Shown: positions 40,568 through 52,249 of the stretch, piece by piece | Layout: the number at the start of each line of letters is the position of its first letter | Numbering within the stretch: the first letter of the stretch is position 1 | Origin: Octopus sinensis | Lineage: Eukaryota | Length of the DNA: 64,000 bases | Reading direction: 5' to 3' | Assembly (NCBI RefSeq): GCF_006345805.1 | Contig: NC_043005.1 | Span: 41,664,001 to 41,728,000 of the forward strand | Program-made: the position numbers and the translations under genes | Notes under the pieces: model-generated | Told to the model about the DNA's origin: nothing | The model's input: the letters and a program-made list of their open reading frames with translations, nothing else | Databases searched by the model: none

Positions 40568-40576
<9 letters not shown>
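40388..40576. repeat. Perfect fold-back, 90-bp arms and 9-nt spacer, containing the 3' half of a hammerhead-like motif
   Basis: Arms 40388-40477 / 40487-40576; GAA-ACACGTGT-A at 40495-40506. Confidence 0.9.
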
Positions 40577-40600
<24 letters not shown>

Positions 40601-40676
40601 AATCCTTAAAATCCTTTAAAATGTTCTAGCCCGAAGGCCGCGGCCATGCTGGGGCACCACCGCTGAATGAGCTACA

Positions 40677-43647
40677 CTAGTTTGTGAATCCACCTCTGAT
40701 ACGTGGCACTTGATCAACAAGGGAGTTCGATGCTGCTGCCCGCATCCGTGTCTCCTGTCGTGAGGTAGGTTCATCTGGGACTCCCAACAAGAAGAGATCC
40801 AGTTTAGTTTTAAAGAAACCCACATCCACACCATGTAAGTCTCTCAGGCATTTAGGGAGGATGTTAAAGAGCTGTGGTCCTCTGAACCCAAGCTGTTGCA
40901 GTATCTGGACCTGTATTTTGATGGTGATGTTGGAATCCTTGGCACCACGCAGCGGCGCCCCGTTCTGCGGTGGAGTAACTTTGAATGCCAAAGTTTGGGA
41001 CAAGACCCTCCAGGATTTTCAGATGTATATCACTGCATATCTCTCCCGCCTCCGCTCCAGGGAGAAGAGGTTTAATACCTTCAGTCTTTCCCAGTAGCTG
41101 ACATTTTGCATTGAGACGATTTTCTTTGTGTAGCTTCTCTGAGTTGCTTCGAGTTCTGCTGTTGTTTTATATTGTGGGTGACCAAAGTTGGGAGCAGTAG
41201 TCCAAGCGGCTGAGGACAAATGTTTTCCATAGGACCATCAGTGTCTCTTTCTCTCTTGTTCTGAAAGTTCGGAGAATCCATCCAGCTAGCCGTCTGCATT
41301 TTATCACCAGATTAGCAATATGCATTTGGAAAGATGCATCATTGCTCATGTCAATGCCCAGGTCACGCACTGATTTTGACTCAGGGATTGCAATTCTTCC
41401 TGGGCCAGTGTATCCAGTCTTCACGTCATTTACCTTTGTGTGCCAGTAGCGCAGGGCCTGGAACTTACCTTCATTAAACTGCATGTTGTTGTCCTCAGCC
41501 CACCTGTATATTGTGTCCAGCTCATGTTGCAGATGCACAATATTTTCAGGGTTTTGTATTGCGTGGGAGACTTTTGTGTCATCTGCATAGCTAGCAAGGG
41601 TGGTCATCGTAGCAACTGAAGGCATGTCTGAAAGGGCCACTATGAACATCAGTGGCCCCAAGACAGTGCCCTGTGGGACACCGCTTGTTATTTGCGTTTA
41701 ATGGAGGTGGCTCCATTGCTCACAACTGCCTGTTTTCTGTCTTTTAGGAAGTTGTGCAGCCACTCTCCAAGTTTCCCGCCTATGCCGAGACCACGCAGTT
41801 TGTGACAGATCATACCATGGTCGACTTTATCAAAGGCTTTTGCAAAGTCAAGATATATTACATCCACATTTGAGCCATTTAGTAGCTGTTTCAACACCCA
41901 GTCATAGTGTTGCAGGAGCTGTGTTAGGCAGCCTCTACCTGGTCGAAATCCAGACAGTAAGTCATTTTCTTCAAGGAACATGATTAGTTTCTTACGGACT
42001 ATTCGTTCCATGACTTTGCTGATGTGTGAGGTCAGAGAGATAGGCCTATAATTTTTAGCATCTGCTCTGCTACCTCCCTTATGGATAGGGCATATTACCC
42101 CCTCTTTCAGTTTGACTGGGAGCTTACCACTTGCAAGAAAGCTCTGAAAAAGAAGCTGTAGCGGTTTTGCAAGGGCTCGTTTGCACGATTTGAGAAGGAT
42201 CGCTGGGAATCCATCAGGTCCAGCAGCTGAGTTTGTGTCAATCTCATCAATGGCTAGTGTGATATCATCTTCTTCGATGTCGATGTACTGAATTTTTGTC
42301 TCTTTGGCCGCTGGTAAATTGGCAAAGAATTCTTCTGGGTTGTTTACTTGCCTGTGTCCTAGAGGTGTAGTGAACACACTTTGGAACTGTTCGTTCAGTA
42401 TTTCACTTATCCTCGTGGGATTTCCTGTGAGAGAGCCATCTTTTTGGAAGAGAGGTCCTATTCTCTGGTGCACTGTGGCTGTCTCTTTGGCAAACTTAAA
42501 GAAAGCTTTAGGGTTTGATTTTATATTTTCTATTACCCAAGCTTCTTTATCTGCTCTCTCCTTTTCATGGACTGATGTAGACTTTTCTCAGTTTCCATTA
42601 GCATTCTTTCGAGCCGACACTTCTCACCACTTTTGGTGTGCTTGCTCAGGCGGTTTGCAATCCTTGTCCGTCGTCTCATAAGAATCCTCCTTTCTCTAGG
42701 GATCCTGTTTTTGTTCTTGTGTGTGCTGGCCCTGCACATTGGGACATATTTGTCACATATGGCTTGTATTATGGACATGAAGTGTTTGTGTTTCATGTTT
42801 ATGTCCGGTGTGGAGAGACATTCAGGCCAATCCTGTTTGAGGATCTCTTTCTCAATCGACTTCCAGTTGGAGAGATGGTGGGTGCTTCGTATAGGCTGTG
42901 TGTCTGCGGGGGCTTTTGTTCCATACATAGACAGCTCTATTATGTTGTGATCCGAGATCATTGTCGGCATCACATTAACATTATGGATAATATCCATATT
43001 GTTTGTGAAGCAGAGATCCAGTATATTATCTGCCCTTGTTGGTTGCAGAACTATTTGCTCCATGAAAGAGGTATTTGTGAGATGGAGCAGGGACTCCACC
43101 TGTGCCTGCTGATGGTGTGTCATCCCTGGGAGCATCTGCCCCCCAGGCCATTCCACATTGGGGAGGTTAAAGTCACCCATGAATAATACACTGTTGTGCT
43201 GTTCAAGGTTGGTGAGGACTTCTCCTATTTTGTTAGGCAGTCTTCAAACATGCCTGAGTGTTTTGGGGCGTCTGGTGGGCGATATGTAGTGCATATGACG
43301 ATATTCAGTTGTCTTATGTGTACAATTTGAGTTTCACATACTGAGTTTGAATATGACAGCAGGACCTGGGGCGTGAGGTCATCTCGGATGTACATTGCAA
43401 CTCCACCATGGCTCCTCCCTTTTCTATCTGTGCGTATGACTGCATATTGCGGCATGTGTATTTCTGCATCACCTATATCGGGTTCAAGATGCGTTTCTGT
43501 GAGTGCCATGCATATAGCTTGATTGCATGTCACAAGGTCTCTCAGGAATGAAATTTTCTTTTTACAGTTTCCGCGCAGCAGCCCTCCTACATTCAGTAGA
43601 AATATTTTTGTGGTGTGTGTGTTGGTGTTGGTGTCTGTGGTGGCCAT
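40677..43647 (-). pseudogene. CR1 ORF2 (endonuclease-reverse transcriptase), frameshifted
   Basis: Split over at least six ORF-track segments with colinear domain order. Confidence 0.9.
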
Positions 43648-44300
43648 CCTGCATCTGTTGGAGGTGGCCTTATGTGGTGGTAGTTCCAGCTTTGTGCTTG
43701 TAGCCAGGTCAGCTGCTGAACAATTTTTTGTGCCATGCACAAAAAAGACTGCTGTTCAGCTGCCGCCCTTCTCACATCTGGGTGAAGCTGGCCACCTGTT
43801 GGGTTTCCGCGCACCACATCTGCATACCGTCTTTCAGTAGTGGTCAGTGCGCTTTTTTCCCTTCTTTTAACTTTTGTTTTTTTTCTCCTCTGAGGGAGGG
43901 ACCTCTGTCTCGCGTCCGTGCGGTTTTGGTAGGGCCTCCGATGTGCAAAGCGACAGTTTGCACCTTCAACGCCGTACCAGCAGTCCCCCCTCAGGTAGAA
44001 TTTGCAGGTGTTTCTTTCCCTGCCTTACAGTTTTTGCTGGGGTCCCTCTGCTTTCTCTGGACAGGGCTTCCTTTAGCCTTGATTCTGTCACCCTTTACCT
44101 CCTGCTTCCCATCAATTCCAGGGTGCCTTTCCTTTCTTGCGGCCATCGCACCTCTTTGGTCTTCAGTTGTGGTGTTGGAAGCTGGACATGTGTCATCGTT
44201 TTCCTGTGTTCCAGGCTTCTCCATTTGGCTCTGGATGCTTTCCTCATCCTTTTGGCCCTCCCTGCTGCCATCACCTCCCAGGATGATGTCCAGGTGTCCA
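43593..44300 (-). pseudogene. CR1 ORF1 C-terminal part with CCCH zinc finger
   Basis: [22 protein letters not shown] at 44006-43941; one frameshift near 44010; overlaps the ORF2 frame. Confidence 0.7.
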
Positions 44301-44390
44301 TATGTATGTATATATATATATGTATATATATATATAATATATATATATATGTATATTATATATATATATAATAATGTATATATATATATG

Positions 44391-44424
<34 letters not shown>

Positions 44425-44455
44425 ATATATATATATATGTATATATATATGTTTG

Positions 44456-44487
<32 letters not shown>

Positions 44488-44539
44488 ATATGTATATATA
44501 TATGTATATATATATATATATATATATTATATAATTATA

Positions 44540-44605
<66 letters not shown>

Positions 44606-44669
44606 TCCCGGGTTGATTCGGGGTTAACCACAGTAAATAAGGTACTCAATACATAGCAGAGTAAAATTA

Positions 44670-44783
44670 ATTTATTATATAGAAGGAGCTTCTACAGGAC
44701 TAGAACTGTTTCATTCAAGAGAAATCATCAGTGATTTCTCTTGAATGAAACAGTTCTAGTCCTGTAGAAGCTCCTTCTATATA

Positions 44784-44789
<6 letters not shown>
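44670..44789. repeat. Perfect fold-back, 58-bp arms and 4-nt spacer, with a hammerhead core at the turn
   Basis: Arms 44670-44727 / 44732-44789; minus strand CTGATGA-TTTCTCTTGAAT-GAAAC-AGTTCTA-GTC from 44731 to 44698. Confidence 0.9.
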
Positions 44790-44840
<51 letters not shown>

Positions 44841-44861
44841 TGTGTGTGTATCTATATATAA

Positions 44862-45470
44862 ATATTAAATAATAAGGGTAGAATTAATATTATTAAATAA
44901 TGCCAATTTGAACCTGTGGTCAGCATACGTAAAAAATGTCCGAGGATTGAATTATATTTAAATACATATAAGAGAAACCACCAAGTGGATCCCTTGTATG
45001 CTAAAAAAATACACGTCAAACCGTCCTTCCACGAAAAATGCGTTCCCCCAATTAGCAAGATGCTAGATGTTTAACGAACGAGACAAATGAAAATAAATAA
45101 AAATAGCACTAAATTCCATACCTTAAGGTTTCGCGATAAACAATTTAAGTTTTGTCTGTGGCTCCTTTGCGAAATCGGTGCTGACACATAGTATTATGCA
45201 TCGTAACTTCTATTCAAATGTCCTTGTACTAGCACGCCAAGCTAGAAAATAACTGCAGTGAATAAAATTCAGCAGTGAATCAACTGGCTAAGTAACACGG
45301 ATAATTAAAATTAAATAATAAGAGTAGTAATTAATATTATTAAATAGCACGAATTTGAACCATAAAGGACTGTGAATTATATTTAAACGTAAATAAGTGA
45401 CACCGCTTAGTGGATCCCTTGCATGCTAAAAATAGACATCAAACTGTCTTACCATGAAAAATGTGTTCGC
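44862..45470. repeat. Two diverged direct copies (about 44862-45050 and 45307-45470) of a short repeat
   Basis: Shared TTAAATAATAAG.GTAG.AATTAATATTATTAAATA...AATTTGAACC...GTGGATCCCTTG.ATGCTAAAAA. Confidence 0.7.
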
Positions 45471-45503
45471 GACGCTCTAACCACCGAGCCATGCGCCTTC
45501 ACA
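45468..45503 (-). mobile_element. Isolated 5' head of SINE family A
   Basis: Reverse complement GTGAAGGCGCATGGCTCGGTGGTTAGAGCGTCG. Confidence 0.7.
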
Positions 45504-45563
45504 TGAGTATATATATATATATAATATATATATATATATAATATATATATATATACAGGGAGG

Positions 45564-45616
<53 letters not shown>

Positions 45617-46479
45617 GACATACACACATATATGTATGTACTGATATCATTCTGTATATCTTGTTTCACGTTGATATACAGTAGGAAGCCACAAAATGGC
45701 GGAATTCGTTTCGAGAAAGCTTTCTCGGAGAGATGCGTATTACTAAAAACACATGTTAGAAAGTTGCAGGAGAAAAGGTCCACCTGTGGTGGTGAAGTTA
45801 CTAAATCTAGATTTCTTCTTTGAGCGTCATCAGTATCAAATATCTACTAACAGCCGCATGCTTAAACAAATTTAGTCTCTATGATATAGAAAAACAGCGA
45901 TTAACAAACTAGAAGTACACAAAAAGCCGGCGGTTTGGGTAAAAGTTAGTGACAGAAATATTAGTTCAAAATAGATCGCTGTATACCTTACTTAACACAG
46001 ATATACTTGTCATTTATTACTGAAGCTTACCCAAAGCGAATACTGCACTTTATTGAAGCTTTCCATATATAGACATTGAATTATGTCTACAGAAGGCTAA
46101 TGTTCAAATAATACTGCTTTCATCGCTAAAAACGAATTTCTTTTTAGCCTGCCAGCTAAATGCTACATTGTTGACCTTTCAATCACTGTTTACCTTTATC
46201 AGCTAGCAGTGGATGTTTGCTTGACATTAGATAACGTGGATATTTACCGCTGAAGAACTTAACAAGCAGCAAGCATGACCTAGCAATTCCCATACCAATG
46301 GTGAGTAACCTTCGCGAGATACTGCTGTTTTTCTAGGTTTTTAACATACTATGTCCATAGATAATGTTTTCTCAAGACGAATGCGCACACTTACGGCTTC
46401 CAACAGATAAACACCTCAAATGTGTATACAGAACTTGTATCATATCATTATATATATGTGTGCTTGTATGTATATATTT

Positions 46480-46480
<1 letters not shown>

Positions 46481-46560
<80 letters not shown>
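46481..46560. repeat. (GATA)n microsatellite
   Basis: Directly visible. Confidence 0.95.
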
Positions 46561-46562
<2 letters not shown>

Positions 46563-46615
46563 CAGGGTTTGGAAAAAAATAATGGAAATGCTTTAAAATT
46601 TCAAACAAATTTATT

Positions 46616-47854
46616 TTAATATGGGGTAGGACCGCCTTTAGAAGTAATTACAACTTGAATTCTATGAGGTATGGACTCGTACAAAGTTTGAATTGCTTCC
46701 AAAGGAATTTTTGTCCATTCTTCAGCTAAAACAGTCTCCAGTTCTTGTAGTGATGATGGTGGAGGACATCGACTCCTTACATGTTTTTGTAAAATGCACC
46801 ATAAATGTTCAATGATATTGAGATCTGGGGACTGTGGTGACCAGATAAGATGTTCAATTTCACTTGAATGTTCCTCATACCTATTTCTATTTCTTTATTA
46901 CCCACAAGGGGCTAAACACAGAGCGGACAAACAAGGACAGACATAGGTATTAAGTCGATTACATCGACCCCAGTGCGTAACTGGTACTTAATTTATCGAC
47001 CCCGAAAGGATGAAAGGCAAAGTCGACCTCGGCGGAATTTGAACTCACAACGTAACGCTAAGCATTTCGCCCGGCGTGCTAACGTTTCTGCCAGCTCACA
47101 ATTCAGTAACAACTTTAGCTGTGTGAATTGTTGCATTATAATCCTGAAAGATTGCGTTACCCCCCGGAAGCAGTTCTGCAACTATGGGATGATTTTGATC
47201 AGATAAAATGCTTAAATACTCTTGACTATTAGTTCTGCCATGAAGGGAAACTATTGAGCCGGCGGATTTCCAAGATATAGCTCCCACCCAGATCACCACA
47301 GATCCTGCTCTTTGTTTAACAGCTGGAAGAAGGTAGTGTGGGTCAAATGCCTCTTTTGGCCATCTCCACACATATACTCGGCCAGGGGTCAGAAATAAGG
47401 TAAAGAATGACTGGTCCCAGAAAATAACATTTTCCCACTGCTCTAGGGACCAATTCTGTAAGTTTTTACTACACTCTAAATGCTTTACAACGTTTGTGTT
47501 TGAAAGTAGTGTTTTTTTTATTGCAGCTCTCCCGTGAAATCCGGCTTTGTGCAGCTCCCGGTGAGCAGTTTCTGTGGAAAATGGGTTCTCAAGGCGGTCA
47601 TTAAGCTCTGCAGTAATTTTGGGAGCTGTATTTTTGTGATCCTTTCTAACAATTCGCATAGAGTCCAGCGGTCCCTATCTGAACGTTTTGGTTTTCTTCC
47701 GGACTTATGTTTTGACAAGGAGGTTTTTTTCTCTCATTACATTCGAGACAGTCCTTCTTGATGCACCAAACATTTCAGCTGTTTTCTTTACGCTAACGCC
47801 TGCCATCGGAGCACCAACAATTTGACCTCTTTGAAAGCCCGATAGATCTGTAAT
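46616..47854 (-). pseudogene. Tc1 DDE transposase, disrupted
   Basis: Starts ATT-TDLSGFQRGQIVG (start codon lost), frameshift near 47700, SINE insertion, ends KGGPTPY*. Confidence 0.9.
46882..47100 (-). mobile_element. SINE family D variant with Tx1-like 3' tail, nested in the Tc1 transposase
   Basis: Family D head and core, then TTTGTCCGCTCTGTGTTTAGCCCCTTGTGGGTAATAAAGAAATAG. Confidence 0.9.
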
Positions 47855-48152
47855 TTTAATGAATTATAATTAACTTTTGGTGATGGTATCTGAAAAGAAA
47901 CAGCAATTTTAGCAAACAATGTTAAGCAACACTAATGATAAATCAAAAACATGAAAATAAACAAGATTTTGACGGTTTGATAGACATTTCGAAATTATAA
48001 TGCTATGATGTTAGGTGTTTCCATTATTTTGTCCAACTCCTGTATATACGTACATGCACATATAAATTAACAATATATGTAGCAATATAATATAACATTA
48101 TAATATATGATACAAAATTTATATATTATATACTTATTTCTGTGTGTGTGTA

Positions 48153-48184
<32 letters not shown>

Positions 48185-48211
48185 TATATATATATATATT
48201 ATATATATATA

Positions 48212-48257
<46 letters not shown>

Positions 48258-48289
48258 TCACATGTATATATGGGTACAGGACATCACCA

Positions 48290-48502
48290 ACAGTAAAGAG
48301 CTTGGAATACGAAAAGAAATGAATTCAATACGCAAACAACGAGAGAAACAAATAGAAAACAGGACAAGTAACATAAAGAACGACCCTTCATCAGTTGTTG
48401 GCTGTCTATCTCATCCTCATTTCGACCATTGAACGAGAATGTGAATCTTCGAAGACAGTTGCTCCCATAAGCACCAAAATAAAATTTGGGATTTATGGAG
48501 GG

Positions 48503-48506
<4 letters not shown>
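48290..48506. repeat. Family F short repeat between (TA)n tracts
   Basis: CAACGAGAGAAAC...CCCTTCATCAG...GAAGACAG...ATTTATGGAG; similar to 35014-35200. Confidence 0.5.
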
Positions 48507-48547
<41 letters not shown>

Positions 48548-49069
48548 TATGCACATGCACACAGGCATATGTATGTAAAAGGAGAAGATAGATTGACAAA
48601 TAGATAGATAGATGAAGTGGAAATTGCGAATCAGGCGAACGACAAACTAATATACGGAAACTACAGAGAAACGCACACAAAATGGATGCAGACAAGAACA
48701 TTCGCTCATCTGTTGATCAAATATCGTCACAGTTTTGTCACCTTCCAATAATATTGCTCAATTTGGCGGTGCAGCATCATAACTTCCTGGAACGTGATGA
48801 ATCGAATATGACAAACAAAGAAGCATAGAAAAAATGTGGCAATAACGAATGAAATCTATAAACAAAATGGTAAATGATAGCAGCTATAATACACAAATGC
48901 ACAGGTACGCATATATTTACCTATACATATGAAGAGACATGCATATGTGATTAAGACGTTTGTTACACAAACAACGTATTTTAATAGTAAACAGCATGGA
49001 AGCTCGTAAAAAATGTGTGTGTTTGTACCTGTGTGCGTGTGTGTATATGTATGCATGTATGCGTGAGCA

Positions 49070-49260
49070 TGTTTCTTTATACTTTCCCTCCACCGGTTGA
49101 CAACCGATGTTGGTTTATTTAAGTCTATTACTTAATAGCTCGACAAAAAGTGGGCCGATGTAACAAGGGCCCTACTTAAGTTAAATAGCGAGTTGATTGC
49201 CTAAAACTTTCATAACAGTGCCCCAGAGCGGCAGCTGTCCCGTTGATTGAAACAAATATG
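49070..49260 (+). mobile_element. Decayed 3' half of SINE family C
   Basis: TTGACAACCGATGTTGGT...GTGCCCCAG...GATTGAAACAA. Confidence 0.55.
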
Positions 49261-49685
49261 CGAGTTTTTATGCGTGTGTTAATATCCACATTTATGCACA
49301 TATATATATACATGCATGTATAAATGTAGATGTGTATTTTTTGTGTGGCTGTATATGTGTTTGTGCTTGACGCGACATTGTCAGTCAAACCAAAGTCGCA
49401 GTCAGGTGAAACGGGACAATTGATGGAATATAGCGTGATAAAATACATGCCTGACTGATGAAAAGTGCTGGGCTCGTTTTCATAAACCAAAATCCTACTG
49501 GATCTTGTTCCCCTGTATAACTGCAGTCAATGACTAACAGCATTAAAAGAATACAACACAGATATCAGGAAAATTGCACAAATAGGTCGATACAAACATA
49601 GATGTACACCTATCTATTTATCTATCTGTCTGCCCATCTATCTATCTCTGTCTTTCTCTCTCTCTCTTTATATATATATATATAT

Positions 49686-49855
49686 ATAAGCAATAAAGGG
49701 TTTAGCAACGAATTGCCTTACCACATACCGAATTTAGAAATAGCAGTCAAAGAGTTATAGCTATTTCTTCTACTAAAAAGGGAGATCTCAGTAAAAGACT
49801 ACTTGGTGTAATTGATAATTATTCCAAATTAATTAATTTCACCCTTCATTATTAC
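49686..49855. repeat. Single-arm relative of the 34554-34818 element
   Basis: TAAAGGGTT...ACCACATACCGAA..TAGAAAT.GCAG.CAAA and AATTAAT..TTCACCCTT blocks. Confidence 0.6.
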
Positions 49856-49879
49856 GGATATATATATATATATATAATA

Positions 49880-49964
<85 letters not shown>

Positions 49965-50178
49965 CGTGCGTGTCTATGTAAGTGTATGTGCATACATGTA
50001 CGTCTTTCTATCTCTCTCTCTCTCTGTCTATATATATATACACACACACACACATATATATATATACATATATATGCATATACATATATATACATATATA
50101 TATATACACATATATATACATATATATATAAATATATATATATATAGGTTTGTATATATGTATATATATACGTATATA

Positions 50179-50247
<69 letters not shown>

Positions 50248-52249
50248 CTTGTATATAATCTATGTGTGTATGTATATATGAAGAAACAACCAAATCATGG
50301 ATTAGTTCTAGAGATGAAAATTTAGTAGAGAGGAGACACAATGTCGGCAAATATAAACCGTAGATGCAATAGTCTATTATTTACTTACTACGTGGTAGAC
50401 AAGTAAATGTCATTAACCTCTCATTCTCACTCACACACTCTCTGCCATTCTATATATTCTGCTACTGAGCAGCGACCCTCTTTATTTCTTCCCATACATT
50501 TAATAAACTTGTCTGATTGCCACAAATTGTATTTAGGTAATATTTCAGTGAAATACTCAACCCATTTGCACTCTCACATGACTATTACTGGAAGAGCTGT
50601 CGTCTGCTTCAAAAACACTTGCAAGTATTATGATTCTTTGCATAAAACTAAAGATGAACCAAATAAACAAAACGAACTAAAATTTAATTTCCATTCAAGA
50701 TGTCTGTAAGAATTACCAATTTATTGCCAATCTTCTTCAGAGGCAACGTAAGACAAGTAAAATTGGAGTCGAGCAAATAAGAGGAAATTCCGATGTATAA
50801 ATGTCATCTCGAAAGAAGAACAGCAATTAATATTGGCATGTAACTAATTTGAATTACATTTCGTTGACAGAACCCAGTCAATAAACTGTAAAAAGAAATA
50901 AATCACATTTGCCTTTGGAACTAAATATCCAGTTCGTTATATAACAGGTATTTTCTACATCTCAAGAAGAAATTGTTAAAGTGCATACGGTTTTAATTTC
51001 GGCGGAAATATTCAATAGAGAGGCTAGCTTTAATAAAGATATATCTTTATACTAAATTATTACGAGCATACAAAACGAGTCAAAACAATAATGTGTATGT
51101 TCATTCTAAGCACATTCTAGTAGACTTGGACTGAACGAGGCATTTCGCTGATGATTTTCGCCTCCCGAAAATAACGTTTTCCTTTATACTAAACGTATAA
51201 ACGACACGTTATCTCCAGTGGCTTCAGAGGTCTTTGAGACCGGTGAAAAAGTCTCGTTCACGTCGAAAAGCTTTCGAGGGGGAAGGCTTTGTCAAAGGGT
51301 CACCGGTGATTTAAACTAGCACTGCTTTTTCCCTCATTCGTAGCTAACCTCATTCTGAAACCATTTCCATATCCACGAGCGGAGGATCCACCCGGAAGAT
51401 ATATTCATCTTCTCCGGGAAGAAAGTACTAATCAAGTACGAATTTTCATAAAATAAACTGACTCCACCCTACTAATCACGAATTTCTGATCTAAGTTAAA
51501 AACAGTTATTACGGGTTGGTAAAATCGTTAGTGCTTCAGACAAAATGGCGGTTTGTACACATTAGCTTCAAATTTGTAGGTATCAAATGTACTGTAACCT
51601 TTCAGATTTGGATAAAAAAAAAATGCCGGTCGAGCATTTGGGTTTAATAGAGACAGCAAATCATTGCTCCTAAATTTATGGCTTACCCACGAAAGAAATT
51701 TTTACCATCATTGGCTGGAACTAAAATTTATCGTAAAAAATTTTTTCATCGTCTGAACAAATTTCAAATATATTATTGGTATCTTTTTTATTTTGGCGAA
51801 AAATGATAAAATGAAGAGTAGCTAAAATTAATAGCATTACTTAATGTATTGGAGAATATTGAAGAAGTTTTTACCTGTACCTTTTCCTCATTGCAGTTGA
51901 TCAAAACTAAATCTTTTAAACTTTAAATATATTGATAGTTGTCCTAAATTTATTCAAAATGCCTCGTTAAATCAGAGAAATAAACTGGAAACCAACTGAA
52001 TGTTTATCTTTTGAATATATTTTAGCCAATCTTAAGATACTCGAAGAAAACGATTAGACTTATTCAATGAGAAAACAATTCTGCTCGATCGAACAAGATT
52101 ATCAAATTAGTATTGCTGAAATTTCGAATTCTTTTGACCCCGGTGATTTTATCAAGATTAATATTCGGAAATTTATTGAAAAATTCCAGAATATTCGCTA
52201 ATGTTTTTCATTAAATACAGAAATATGAATGAATAACTGATCTAGTTTT

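Larger units (their letters stand above)
40601..44300 (-). mobile_element. Long CR1-clade LINE, family 1 (partial ORF1, ORF2 APE+RT, 3' UTR), inserted in (TA)n
   Basis: APE motifs LLNVGGL, ALTETHL, TYRPP, MGDFNLP, ILDLCF, ISDHNII; RT motifs NYRPISLTSH, LDFAKAFDKVDH, GPLMF, YADDTK; TTTAA(A)GGAT-repeat tail. Confidence 0.95.
46563..48042 (-). mobile_element. Full-length Tc1-family transposon (defective), TA-flanked
   Basis: TIRs CAGGGTTTGGAAAAAAATAATGGAAA / TTTCCATTATTTTGTCCAACTCCTG; transposase VIFWDQS, FQDYNA, SPDLNIIEHLW. Confidence 0.95.

Noticed and set aside
40601-44300. Possibility that the long CR1 is an active autonomous element
   Set aside because: Multiple frameshifts, a small deletion before GFRPG, and a 5' truncation within ORF1.
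45692-45745. AAAATGGCGG start or YY1-like motif followed by a 16-bp palindrome
   Set aside because: The ORF stops after 16 codons and there is no other promoter evidence.
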